Shown here piece after piece: positions 28,454-37,925 of a stretch of DNA of 57,940 nucleotides. The DNA is from Candidatus Limnocylindria bacterium (GTDB lineage Bacteria; Chloroflexota; Limnocylindria; QHBO01). Position numbers and translations under genes: made by a program. Where the stretch lies: assembly GCA_046715765.1 (NCBI GenBank), contig JBKJYH010000126.1:1-57940 (forward strand). The letters run 5' to 3'. Every line of letters begins with the position of its first letter. Within the stretch, counting starts at the first letter, position 1. The notes below the pieces were generated by a model that saw only the letters and a list, made by a program, of their open reading frames with translations, made no database searches and was not told the origin of the DNA.

Positions 28454-30121
28454 CTACAGGGTGGCCAGGTACTGGTGCACGAACTGGACCGACATCGACC
28501 CTTCGCCCACCGCGCTCGCGATGCGCTTGACCGACCGACTGCGGACGTCACCCGCGACGAACACCCCGGGCAGGCTCGATTCGAGCAGGAACGGCTCGCG
28601 GGTCAATCCCCAGCCAGCCGGCGAGCGCCCACCTTCCATCAGGGCCGGGCCGGTGGGGATGAAGCCGCCCGGATCGCGCTGCACCGCCCCCTCCAGCCAA
28701 TCCGTGCGCGGCTGTTGCCCGATGAACACGAAGCAGGCAGCCAGATCGAGCCGCCGCTCGCCAGCGGGTCCGCTGGTCGTCACCGCGGCCAGGTGTCCCT
28801 CGCCGTGTACCGCGCTGACCGACGTCGAAACCTCGACCGTGATGTTGGGGATGGCTGCCATCTGGTCGATCAGGTATTGGCTCATCCCCGACAGCTCCGG
28901 GGTCCGAACCAGGAGGGTCACCTTGTTCGCGAAACGGGCGAGGTACACCGCGGCCTGACCGGCCGAGTTGCCCCCCCCGACCACGCCCACCTCCTGTCCG
29001 CGATACAGGAAGGCCTCGGTCGTCGCGGCCCCGTAGTAGATTCCCGCTCCGGCCAGCTCCGCGGCGCCAGGCAATTCCAGCTGGCGATACGACACGCCGG
29101 TGGCTACCACCACCGACTGGCACGACACCTCGGTGCCGTCGGCCAGGCTGATCACCCGATACGGGTCCTCGCGGCGCAGGCCCGTCACATCCTGCGGCGA
29201 AAGGAACTCCGCGCCCAGGCGTTTGGCCTGGGCGAGGGCGCGCCGCGCCAGATCGGCGCCGGTCAGGCCGGCGGGAAAGCCCAGGTAGTTCTCGATCCGG
29301 CTGGTGGTGCCGGCCTGGCCACCGGCCGCTTCGCGCTCGATCAGCAGCGTGCGCAACCCCTCGCTGGCGCCGTACACCGCGGCGGCCAGGCCGGCCGGGC
29401 CGCCGCCCACGATCAGCAGGTCGTAGAACGGCCGCGCCGCGTGCACCTGCAGGCCAACCTTCTCGGCGATCTGCATGTTCGACGGGTCGCGGAGGGCGGT
29501 GCCATCCGGGAAGACCACCACCGGCACCGACGCGTCGTTGGCGATGCCCTCCGGAAGCGAAGCGGCGAGGCGCCTGCCGGCCGGATCGTCAACCGGATCG
29601 AGCCACAGGTACGGGACCCCGTTGCGGGTCAGGTAGTCGCGGATCTCGTGGCCTCGCGGCGACCAGCGTCCGGCGAGCAGGCGCAGGCCGTCGATCGCGG
29701 GTCGGTGCGAGGCGCCCCAGTCCTCCAGCAGATCGTCGGTGATCGGGAACAGATGCTCTTCGGGCGGGTCCCACGGCTTGAGGATGTAGTGATCGAGACG
29801 AATGGTGTTGATTGCCTGGATCGCGACATCGGTGTCCGCGTAGGCGGTCAGCAGGACGCGCCTGGCTTCGGGCTGGAACTCGAGCGCCTGCGCCAGAAAC
29901 TCGATCCCGGTCATGTGCGGCATGCGTTGGTCCACCACGAAGAGGGCGACCACGGCGCCGCGCTGGGTCAGCTGGCGGACTGCCTCGAGCGCCTCACCGG
30001 CGGCATTGGCGGCCACGATCCGGTAATCGGCGCCGTACCGGGCGCGGAGGTCCCGCTCGACGGCGCGCAGCACCGGGACATCGTCGTCGACGGCAATGAT
30101 GACCGGCTTGCTCTCCGCCAT
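28454..30121 (-). CDS. Receiver domain fused to thioredoxin-reductase-like flavoprotein
   Basis: VDDD, DQRMP, LTAYAD, KPW; GGGPAG, IENYLGFP, GGGNSA, VFVAGD. Confidence 0.92.
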   Translation of the reverse strand: MAESKPVIIAVDDDVPVLRAVERDLRARYGADYRIVAANAAGEALEAVRQLTQRGAVVALFVVDQRMPHMTGIEFLAQALEFQPEARRVLLTAYADTDVAIQAINTIRLDHYILKPWDPPEEHLFPITDDLLEDWGASHRPAIDGLRLLAGRWSPRGHEIRDYLTRNGVPYLWLDPVDDPAGRRLAASLPEGIANDASVPVVVFPDGTALRDPSNMQIAEKVGLQVHAARPFYDLLIVGGGPAGLAAAVYGASEGLRTLLIEREAAGGQAGTTSRIENYLGFPAGLTGADLARRALAQAKRLGAEFLSPQDVTGLRREDPYRVISLADGTEVSCQSVVVATGVSYRQLELPGAAELAGAGIYYGAATTEAFLYRGQEVGVVGGGNSAGQAAVYLARFANKVTLLVRTPELSGMSQYLIDQMAAIPNITVEVSTSVSAVHGEGHLAAVTTSGPAGERRLDLAACFVFIGQQPRTDWLEGAVQRDPGGFIPTGPALMEGGRSPAGWGLTREPFLLESSLPGVFVAGDVRSRSVKRIASAVGEGSMSVQFVHQYLATL

Positions 30122-30166
30122 GGGGAAGGCAGTGTAGGGCTTCGCGCCAGCCGCTAGCATCGCCCT

Positions 30167-31354
30167 GTGAGCGACGCGGAGCGGGCCGGAGCGGTGGTCA
30201 TCGGGGGGGCGATCATGGGCAGCGCGGCCGCCACCTTCCTGGCGATGCGCCCGGACTGGCACGGCCGAATCGTGGTGGTCGAGCGCGACCTGACCTACCG
30301 CACCTCGTCGACCACCCTGTCAGCGGCATCGATCCGGCTCCAGTTCTCGACGCCGCTGAACATCGAACTGAGCCGCTTCGGGGTGCACCTGATCAAGCAC
30401 CTCGACGATTTGCTGGGCGTCCCCGGCCAACGGGCGCCCGAGGTGGACTTCGTGGAACGCGGCTACCTGTTCCTGGCCACCGCGGCGGGCGTCCCGGTCC
30501 TCGAGCACAACCACGCCGTCCAACGCGAGGCGGGCGTGGAGGTGGCCCTGCTCAGCCCGGCGGAGTTGCGCACCCGCTTCCCGTGGATGACCGTGGATGA
30601 CCTGGCCGCAGGTTCGTTGGGCCTCGGGAACGAGGGCTGGTTCGACGCGTATGCCCTGCTCCAGGCCTTTCGGGCCAAGGCTCGCTCGCTCGGGGTGGAG
30701 TACCTGACCGGAGAGGCGGTCGCGATCGAGTACGACGACGCGGTTCGGGCGGTGCGCCTGGCCGATGGGCGCCGGATCGAGACCGATTGGGTCGTCAACG
30801 CGGCGGGCCCGCGCGCGGCAGGCGTGGCCGCGATGGTCGGCACCGACCTCCCGGTCCGGCCTCGCAAGCGCAACGTGTACCACTTCGAATGCCGGGCCAC
30901 GCTCGCAGATGCGCCACTGACCATCGACCCGTCTGGGATCTACTTCCGGCCCGAGGGCCCGAACTGGATCAGCGGCTTCTCGCCGCGCGCCGCTGACCCC
31001 GATCCCGACACGTTTGATCTCGACGTGGACCGTGCTGCCTGGGAAGCGAAGGTCTGGCCGGTCCTGGCGCATCGGGTCGAGGCCTTCGGTGCGATTCGCC
31101 TGCTCGATGCCTGGGCCGGGCATTACGAGGTCAACACCGTCGATCACAACGCCGTGGTCGGGGCGCACCCCACGCTCCCCAACTTCCTGTTCGCCAACGG
31201 GTTCTCCGGGCACGGCCTGCAGCAGGCACCGGCAGTCGGACGCGGCCTGGCCGAATGGATCGTGACCGGAGGCTGGGAGACGCTTGACCTGTCGCCCTTT
31301 GGCTTCGACCGGATCGCCGGCAACCGCCCGATTCGAGAGCTGAACGTCGTGTAA
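30167..31354 (+). CDS. FAD-dependent oxidoreductase (DAO/sarcosine oxidase-like)
   Basis: IGGAIMG, SIRLQFS, VVNAAG, NGFSGHGLQQAPAVG. Confidence 0.88.
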   Translation: MSDAERAGAVVIGGAIMGSAAATFLAMRPDWHGRIVVVERDLTYRTSSTTLSAASIRLQFSTPLNIELSRFGVHLIKHLDDLLGVPGQRAPEVDFVERGYLFLATAAGVPVLEHNHAVQREAGVEVALLSPAELRTRFPWMTVDDLAAGSLGLGNEGWFDAYALLQAFRAKARSLGVEYLTGEAVAIEYDDAVRAVRLADGRRIETDWVVNAAGPRAAGVAAMVGTDLPVRPRKRNVYHFECRATLADAPLTIDPSGIYFRPEGPNWISGFSPRAADPDPDTFDLDVDRAAWEAKVWPVLAHRVEAFGAIRLLDAWAGHYEVNTVDHNAVVGAHPTLPNFLFANGFSGHGLQQAPAVGRGLAEWIVTGGWETLDLSPFGFDRIAGNRPIRELNVV

Positions 31355-31433
31355 CCAGCCGAACCGCAGTCCATCCGCAGTGGAGCCCCGATACCGTTTC
31401 CGCGATTCCAGCAACCTAACGAGGGCCGACCCA

Positions 31434-33110
31434 ATGCTCACCATCCGCCGCCTGTACCTGTACCTGATGAGCGCGATCGCCCTGGGCGCGTTCGGGGTTG
31501 GCGCCTGGATGGTGACCCGACAGCTCCTGATGAGCCTCGGCGTGGCGGCCGATCCCTACGGCGGCTCGGGCGCCGAACAACTCAGCCAGGGGCTCGCCCT
31601 GATGGGGGTGGGAATCCCGGTGTGGGGCGTGCATTGGTGGCTCGCGGAGCGCGGGCTGCGCCCAGGCAGTCCGCATGCGAGCGCGGAGCATGGCTCGATC
31701 GTGCGGGCCGTGTACCTCACCCTCGTCCTGGGTGCCCTCGCGTTCATCGGCGGCTGGGCCGCGACGGAGGTTATCCGCGACCTCGTCCTGCAGGTGAGCG
31801 GTGGACCGGCGTTCGGCTACGCCGATCCGCTGCCCTTGGCCTCCCCGCTGGCGGCGATCCTGGTCGGCGGATGCGGATGGGCCTACCACGCACGGATCCG
31901 CCGTCGAGATCTGCGAGGCGAGCCGCTGCACGGCGCGGCGGCCTGGCTGCCGCGGGTGTACTTGTACGGGGTCGCGCTGGTTTCGCTGACCCTGTTCGTG
32001 AACGGGACGGCGGATTTCGGTCGGGCGATCATCGACGCCGTGGTTGGCGTGGCGCCAGGCGCTGACGCCGGATACCAGCGCTGGGTGATTGCAACTAGCG
32101 TTGCCGGCGTCGCCAGCTGGGGCCTGCTATGGATCGGCCATTGGTGGGGTGCGCGCCGGGTAGTTGCCGGCAATGGCTGGCGGGGAGCCGCCGAGCGCAG
32201 GGCGCGCCTGCGCCAGGCCTATTTCCTGGGTGCCATCGCGATCAGTGCCGGATCTGCGCTGGGGCGGGCGTCGGATGGGCTGCGAGCAGTGCTGGTCCAG
32301 AGTTTCGGCGCTGCCGAGGCGGTTGGCTTGCCCTTGGACGCCACCTCGCTGGTCCGCGAGGTCGCGGTGGCCATCGTTGCAGCGGCCACGCCCGTCGCCG
32401 CGTGGTGGTTCCACCAGCGCTGGCTGCGCGATGAGGCGAGTCAACGAGACGAGCCCGGCCACTCAGCGACTGCCGAACGCCTTGATCGCTACACGGTCGC
32501 CGGGGTGGGATTGGCCATCGGCGCAAGCGGCCTTGCACTGTTGATCGGCATCGTGGCCGATGCGCTGCTGGGAGGCACGCGCACCCAGTTCAGCAGCGGG
32601 TACTGGAAGGCGGAGGCCGCAGGCTTCGCGGCAATGATGTTGGCCGGCGGTGCGCCGTGGCTGTGGGAGTGGCGCCGGACCGTCGCCGTTCGTTCGACGG
32701 ACGCCGAGTCCGAGGCCAGCTCGACGGTGCGCCGCGCCTACCTGCTGCTCGCGCTCGCGGGGAGCCTGGTGGCTGGGATCGGAGCCCTGAGCCTGATCCT
32801 GTATCGCGTCTTTGGCCAACTGCTGGGGGCCCCGTCGTCCGGCAGCATCGTCTCGGAGTTGTCCACGCCGAGCGGCGTTCTGACCGTCGCGGTGATGGTC
32901 GCGCTCTATCACGGGATCGCTGTCCGGCGGGATCAGACGACCGTGGCGTCGGCGACACCGCCGCCTGCGCCGGTCGATGAAGGTGAAACTGCGATGGCCA
33001 GTGAGCGGCGCGCGCTCGTCCTCTCGGGACCGCCGGGGTCGGATCTGGCGGCGGCCATCGACCGCCTACGCAATGCCCTGCCGCCGGGGCATCGCCTCGA
33101 GGACGGCTGA
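31434..33110 (+). CDS. DUF5671-repeat membrane protein
   Basis: Repeated RRLYLY/RAVYL/PRVYLY/RRAYL units ending in W..HW; many TM. Confidence 0.75.
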   Translation: MLTIRRLYLYLMSAIALGAFGVGAWMVTRQLLMSLGVAADPYGGSGAEQLSQGLALMGVGIPVWGVHWWLAERGLRPGSPHASAEHGSIVRAVYLTLVLGALAFIGGWAATEVIRDLVLQVSGGPAFGYADPLPLASPLAAILVGGCGWAYHARIRRRDLRGEPLHGAAAWLPRVYLYGVALVSLTLFVNGTADFGRAIIDAVVGVAPGADAGYQRWVIATSVAGVASWGLLWIGHWWGARRVVAGNGWRGAAERRARLRQAYFLGAIAISAGSALGRASDGLRAVLVQSFGAAEAVGLPLDATSLVREVAVAIVAAATPVAAWWFHQRWLRDEASQRDEPGHSATAERLDRYTVAGVGLAIGASGLALLIGIVADALLGGTRTQFSSGYWKAEAAGFAAMMLAGGAPWLWEWRRTVAVRSTDAESEASSTVRRAYLLLALAGSLVAGIGALSLILYRVFGQLLGAPSSGSIVSELSTPSGVLTVAVMVALYHGIAVRRDQTTVASATPPPAPVDEGETAMASERRALVLSGPPGSDLAAAIDRLRNALPPGHRLEDG

Positions 33111-33113
33111 GCG

Positions 33114-33611
33114 CTAGCCCGCCTCTCCGGCCATCGCCGACGCGATCCGGCGCAGGAGCCACTGCCCGGTTCCGCGCGCCGCCATGTGCAGCAACAACCG
33201 ATCGGCCGCTGCGCCGAAGCTGCCACCGGGCGGCGCGTAGACGCCGCTGATCGTCATCTCCCCATCCTCCCACCGCAGGCTGCCGGCGAAGACCGGGAAG
33301 AGTGGCGCCATCCCGGCCGCCTGCCAGGAGATGTCGAGCGTGAGTGCCCCGTCCCCATCGGCTCCGGCCAGCTGTCCGAGTTCGAGGTACGCCGCCTTCT
33401 TGAAGCGGATCCGGGGGGCCGACTCCATCACCTGCAACTCCAGGTCGAGCAGCCAGCGTCCGTCGGGCTGCGTTTCTCCGACCCAGCTCTGCCGTTCGCG
33501 GCCCAGGACCAGGGCTGCCCGCTCGCGGCCGACCGGCGCAGGGCCGCTGACTTCCAGGCGCGAGGTGCCTTGGATGGGGTACTCGGCCGGGGTGGCGCGC
33601 CTGGCGGCCAT
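33114..33611 (-). CDS. Conserved hypothetical protein
   Basis: LFPVFAGSL...GVYAPPGGSFGAAADRLLLH; AGGAG SD; 5 nt from the oxidase gene. Confidence 0.7.
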   Translation of the reverse strand: MAARRATPAEYPIQGTSRLEVSGPAPVGRERAALVLGRERQSWVGETQPDGRWLLDLELQVMESAPRIRFKKAAYLELGQLAGADGDGALTLDISWQAAGMAPLFPVFAGSLRWEDGEMTISGVYAPPGGSFGAAADRLLLHMAARGTGQWLLRRIASAMAGEAG

Positions 33612-33616
33612 GGCTC

Positions 33617-34942
33617 CTAGGGCTCCTGCACGATCAGTGCGGTGACCATCCCGAACATCCCGTGCTCACTCTCGACGTGGGTCAGGATGTGGCAGTGGAA
33701 CGCCCAGATCCCCAATTCTGAAGCCTCGATCAGCACGTCCACGCGCTCACCGGGCGCGACCAGCACGGTGTCCTCGTAGTGGGGATCGGGGAGCAGGTAG
33801 CCGTCCTTGGCGATCACCAGTTGCGGCATCCCGTGCAGGTGCATCGGGTGAATCTGGAGTCCTTCATTCATGTACCGCACCCGGATCATCTGTCCCTGGA
33901 CCGCGACGATCGGTTCGGTGGCCGGGAAGCCCTTGCCGTTCAGGGTGTAGCCCAGCGGTCCGTCGTTGATGATCATGGTGTAGTCGATATCCGAGGCGGG
34001 ATCGTTGGGATCATTCGGATCGATCACCACGAAGGCACCCAGCAGCCCCATTGGCACCTGCTTTTCGGCCATGAAGTGGCTGTGGTACATGTGCGATCCG
34101 GCATTGCGCAGGGTGAATTCGTAGGTGAACGACTCACCAGGCATGACCGCCGGCTGGCTGATCACCGCAACTCCATCCATGTCGTTGGGCACGAGCAGGC
34201 CGTGGAAGTGGATGGTGGTCGGGGCGGGGAGCTCGTTGTGCAGGATGATCCGCACCCGGTCGCCGAGTTCCGCGCGGAGTTGGGGTCCCGGCACCATCTC
34301 GTTGTAGCCCCACGCCTCGACGAAGCGGCCCGGCTCGACCTCCCACTCGAAGACCGATGCGGTCACCTCCCACTCCTTGACCCCGTCTGCCCCGATGGTC
34401 GGCTCAACGATGAGGTTGCCCTTCCCCGCCGTCTCGGCCGGGAAGGCGGCCGTCACAGCGGCGTCAGCGTCGCGCATCTCCTCGGCGGTCATCTCGTGCG
34501 ACGGCTGCGGCGTGCTCCCCGCCACACCGATGCTGACCGAGCCGGTCATCCCGGCGTCCACGTGGCCGGGAACGGTGCAGATGAAGGTGATGCCGGCGGC
34601 GGGGACGGTCACCGTCCCGATTGCCGTCGCGTTCGCCTCGGCCACGAGCCTCGTCCCGTCGGCGAAGGTGAGGTCGTGCAGCATCCCACCGTCATTGATG
34701 AACGTGACGGTGTAGATCCCCGGCTGGGCGACCACCACGGCGCTCGGCTCGAAGCCGAAATCGACGGCGCGGACCATGATCTGGCCGACCGGGCCCCCCG
34801 GCTGCGAAGGCAGCGGTGTTGCACTGGGCAGCTGGCCGGATCCGCTCGGGGGCCCCAACACCAGGGCTGCCAGCAGCAAGGTGCCCCCGAACAGTGCCCC
34901 CATGCCGGTGAAGGCGACGAAGTAGGCGAGTATGCGGCGCAT
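33617..34942 (-). CDS. Membrane-anchored two-domain multicopper oxidase with extra cupredoxin domain
   Basis: N-terminal TM; H...CTVPGH...M; IHFHG, YHSH, HPMHLHG, FHCHILTH...M. Confidence 0.88.
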   Translation of the reverse strand: MRRILAYFVAFTGMGALFGGTLLLAALVLGPPSGSGQLPSATPLPSQPGGPVGQIMVRAVDFGFEPSAVVVAQPGIYTVTFINDGGMLHDLTFADGTRLVAEANATAIGTVTVPAAGITFICTVPGHVDAGMTGSVSIGVAGSTPQPSHEMTAEEMRDADAAVTAAFPAETAGKGNLIVEPTIGADGVKEWEVTASVFEWEVEPGRFVEAWGYNEMVPGPQLRAELGDRVRIILHNELPAPTTIHFHGLLVPNDMDGVAVISQPAVMPGESFTYEFTLRNAGSHMYHSHFMAEKQVPMGLLGAFVVIDPNDPNDPASDIDYTMIINDGPLGYTLNGKGFPATEPIVAVQGQMIRVRYMNEGLQIHPMHLHGMPQLVIAKDGYLLPDPHYEDTVLVAPGERVDVLIEASELGIWAFHCHILTHVESEHGMFGMVTALIVQEP

Positions 34943-35078
34943 CTGGTCTCCTCGAACTTGCGGGCCGCGCCGAACGGCAACGGTCGCGCGAGACGAATCT
35001 ACTCCGCCCCAGCGTGGCCTATCCGCGGTGCCTCAGCGCAGGGCCGAATGGCCCGAATCGGGGTGGGCCGACTCGCCC

Positions 35079-36254
35079 CTACGCGCCCAGCGAGGGCCCG
35101 AGCAGGAGCGGCATCCCCAGCCGATGGTCGTATCGCGGACGGAAGCGGTCGGGGTTGTAGAGCGCCTCGGCGTCCAAGCGGCGGGCGCCGGAGGACGCGT
35201 CCGGCAGCGGCGCGACCGCGTACTTGCCGTCCCGAATCGCGACCATCCACCCATGCTGACCATCGGTCAACAGGTCCATCGCCAGGTTAGCGAAGGTCGT
35301 GGCCACCATCTGGTCCAGGGCATCCGGATCGCCGCTGCGCAGGTCGTAGGTGAGGTCGGAGGCAACGGCTTCCAGGCCGGTCCGCTGCTTGATCTCACCC
35401 GCCAACGCGGTGCCGATGTTCGCCGGGCGTCGATGGCCGTAGGCATCCGCCTCTCCCACCTCCTCGAGCCGACCGCCGGTCCAGATCGCTCCTTCGCTGG
35501 CGATCACGAGCGCGTAGCGGCTGGGGTTGAGCTCGCGGTCCTCGGCAAGGACCGATACCAGCCGCTCCAGGTCAAACGGCGCCTCGGGGATCACGCACCG
35601 CGAACTGGTGACGTAGGCCGCGTACCAGGCCGTAAACCCCGCGCGCCGCCCGAAGACGCGGAAGATCCCAATCCGCTCGTGGCTGCCCAGCGTGGTGCGC
35701 TGGCGGTTGATCAGCTCCTTGGCGCGCGTCACCGCGGTCGAAAAGCCGATGCAGTACTCGGTCCCCGCCACGTCGTTGTCCATCGTCTTGGGGATCGCCA
35801 GCACGGGCACGCCTTCGCGCTCCAGGCGTGACGCGTAGCCGAGCGTGTCATCGCCCCCAATCGGGACCAGGTACGAGATGCCCAACTTTGCAATGTTGTC
35901 GAGTACCAGCGGGGTGAGGTCGTACCGATCCGGATCGGTCTGCATCCCGGCCAGGCGTCCCTGATCCAGGCTTGGAGGCAAGGAGGCCGCCGCCATCCGG
36001 GCGGGGTTGGTGCGGGAGGTGTGCAGGATCGTGCCGCCTGTGCGGTCGATGGCCCGGGTGTTGGCTCGGTCCAGGGGCCAGGTGTTCGTGGGATCGGTGG
36101 CCAGGCTGGTGTCCAGGTGGGTCAGGCCCTGCCAGCCGCGGCGAATGCCGGTGACCTGCCAGCCGGCCTCGCTGGCGCGGTACACCACGCTCTTGATCAC
36201 CGAGTTGAGGCCGGGCACGTCGCCCCCGCCGGTGAGGATCCCGATCCGCTTCAT
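35079..36254 (-). CDS. pfkA: 6-phosphofructokinase, PPi-dependent signature
   Basis: TGGGDVPGLN, GGTILHTSR, GGDDT, PKTMDND; start ATG 36254 inferred. Confidence 0.88.
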   Translation of the reverse strand: MKRIGILTGGGDVPGLNSVIKSVVYRASEAGWQVTGIRRGWQGLTHLDTSLATDPTNTWPLDRANTRAIDRTGGTILHTSRTNPARMAAASLPPSLDQGRLAGMQTDPDRYDLTPLVLDNIAKLGISYLVPIGGDDTLGYASRLEREGVPVLAIPKTMDNDVAGTEYCIGFSTAVTRAKELINRQRTTLGSHERIGIFRVFGRRAGFTAWYAAYVTSSRCVIPEAPFDLERLVSVLAEDRELNPSRYALVIASEGAIWTGGRLEEVGEADAYGHRRPANIGTALAGEIKQRTGLEAVASDLTYDLRSGDPDALDQMVATTFANLAMDLLTDGQHGWMVAIRDGKYAVAPLPDASSGARRLDAEALYNPDRFRPRYDHRLGMPLLLGPSLGA

Positions 36255-36322
36255 GGCATCCATCATGCCGCGTTCGAGGTCGGGTCGCGAGTCACTCGGG
36301 GTCTGGTGTCCGGGGCCGATCT

Positions 36323-36339
36323 GGGGCATACTATGCCCC
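36323..36339. promoter_or_regulatory. Perfect inverted repeat GGGGCATA-C-TATGCCCC over a -10 box
   Basis: Contains TACTAT (36329-36334), upstream of the 36380-37875 gene trio. Confidence 0.5.
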
Positions 36340-36379
36340 CCTTCCGACCGGCCTCCGCGCCGCGCACTCCAGGAGCGAG

Positions 36380-36571
36380 ATGGTTACCCACGTCAACGAA
36401 CGACGCTACGTGACCTGGCGCTTGCCAGATCGCCAGTTCTCCAAAGTCCACCTCCAGCGCGACGCCGAGGCGACGCTGTGCGGCAAGACCCTGCCGCGTG
36501 CCCTCGGGCAGCCGCAGCCGCCGATCCCAGACGCCTCCATGTGTCCGGAGTGCGCTTCCCGCGGAGCCTGA
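36380..36571 (+). CDS. 63-aa putative zinc-binding protein
   Basis: AGGAG SD; VHL...TLCG...CPEC. Confidence 0.72.
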   Translation: MVTHVNERRYVTWRLPDRQFSKVHLQRDAEATLCGKTLPRALGQPQPPIPDASMCPECASRGA

Positions 36572-36580
36572 TCGGGACCG

Positions 36581-37288
36581 ATGTGCGGTCGATTCGCGCA
36601 GCCACGCTCCGCGGAGGAGTTGGCTCGCATCTTTCACGCCCGGCCCGTGGCGGATGAGCCGGGCAGCGGCTTCAACGTGGCTCCCACAGACCAGGTGCTT
36701 GCCGTCCTGGAGTCTCACGACGAACGGGTGGTGGACCGATTCCGCTGGGGGCTGGTGCCCTTCTACGCCGCGACGGCCAAGGGTGCAGCGCGCCTGATCA
36801 ACGCCCGCGCCGAGACGGCGGAGACATCCCCGGCCTTCCGAACCTCGTTCGCGCGACGCCGCTGCATCGTCCCCGCCGACGCGTTCTACGAGTGGCGTCG
36901 CGAGCGCGATCCAGCCACCCGCAAGGTGCTCCGTTCCGAACCGTTCGCCGTGCGCAGCGCCGGTGACGCCCCGCTCGCCCTCGCTGGCCTGTGGGCCGTC
37001 TGGCGCGATCCCCAGACCGCGGAGCGGCTGTACACCTGCACGATCCTGACCACGAGCCCGAATGACCTGGTATCGCGCATCCACGACCGGATGCCGGTCA
37101 TCCTCGGTCCGGCCGATTGGGGCGCGTGGCTCGCCGAGGCCACCCCCATCCCCGCCGTGCGCGAACTGTTGCATTCCGCGCCGGATGACTCGCTGATCGC
37201 CTACCCGGTCTCGCCCGCCGTCAACAACGTGCGCAGCGATGGCCCCGGCCTGCTCGATCCGCTCACTCGATGGAGCGAGGGCCCGTGA
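36581..37288 (+). CDS. SRAP (YedK/HMCES family) abasic-site-processing protein
   Basis: MCGRF (Cys2), FNVAPT, INARAET, FYEW, IHDRMPVIL. Confidence 0.95.
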   Translation: MCGRFAQPRSAEELARIFHARPVADEPGSGFNVAPTDQVLAVLESHDERVVDRFRWGLVPFYAATAKGAARLINARAETAETSPAFRTSFARRRCIVPADAFYEWRRERDPATRKVLRSEPFAVRSAGDAPLALAGLWAVWRDPQTAERLYTCTILTTSPNDLVSRIHDRMPVILGPADWGAWLAEATPIPAVRELLHSAPDDSLIAYPVSPAVNNVRSDGPGLLDPLTRWSEGP

Positions 37289-37875
37289 AGCTCGAGCTCC
37301 CGGCCGGTGGCCTGGTGGTGCTGGTCGGACCGAGCGGTTCCGGCAAGAGCACGTTTGCGGCGCGACACTTCCCCGCAGATGCCGTCCTGTCGTCGGATGC
37401 GTTCCGCGGCCTGGTGGCCGGCGACGAGGCGGACCAATCGGCCACCGCCAGGGCGTTCGCGCTGCTGCACGCCGCTCTCGAAGAGCGAATGGCCCACGGC
37501 GACCTGGCCGTGGTGGACGCCACCAGCGTCCAGCGCTGGGCCCGGGAGCGGTTGCTCGCGCTCGCGCGTGCGCACGGACGTCCCGCGGCCGTCGTGGTGC
37601 TGAACCTGCCGTTGACCGTTTGCCTGGCGCGGAATGCAGAGAGGCCGGATCGGCGAGTTCCGGAGAGCGTGATCCGGCGCCAGCTTCGGGCGATGCGGGA
37701 CAGCCTGCATTCGCTGGCCGATGAGGGATTCGATCCGGTGATCATCCTCACCCAGGAGGCGGTCGCATCGGTCGAACTTGCGTGGCACAACGAAACGCCC
37801 CGAAGGAACAGCCCCCGGCTCTCCGACCTTGCGGCCGTCGATCCGGCTACCAGAACTCTTGATGCAATCTCGTGA
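37285..37875 (+). CDS. Stand-alone P-loop kinase resembling the Pnkp kinase module (AAA_33)
   Basis: GPSGSGKST, SSDAFRGLV, VVDATSV, RNAER; GTGA overlap with SRAP stop. Confidence 0.85.
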   Translation: MKLELPAGGLVVLVGPSGSGKSTFAARHFPADAVLSSDAFRGLVAGDEADQSATARAFALLHAALEERMAHGDLAVVDATSVQRWARERLLALARAHGRPAAVVVLNLPLTVCLARNAERPDRRVPESVIRRQLRAMRDSLHSLADEGFDPVIILTQEAVASVELAWHNETPRRNSPRLSDLAAVDPATRTLDAIS

Positions 37876-37925
37876 TCCGGTACGCTGCCCCTTCGGGACA
37901 ACCGAAGGATAGGCTGGCACAGTCG

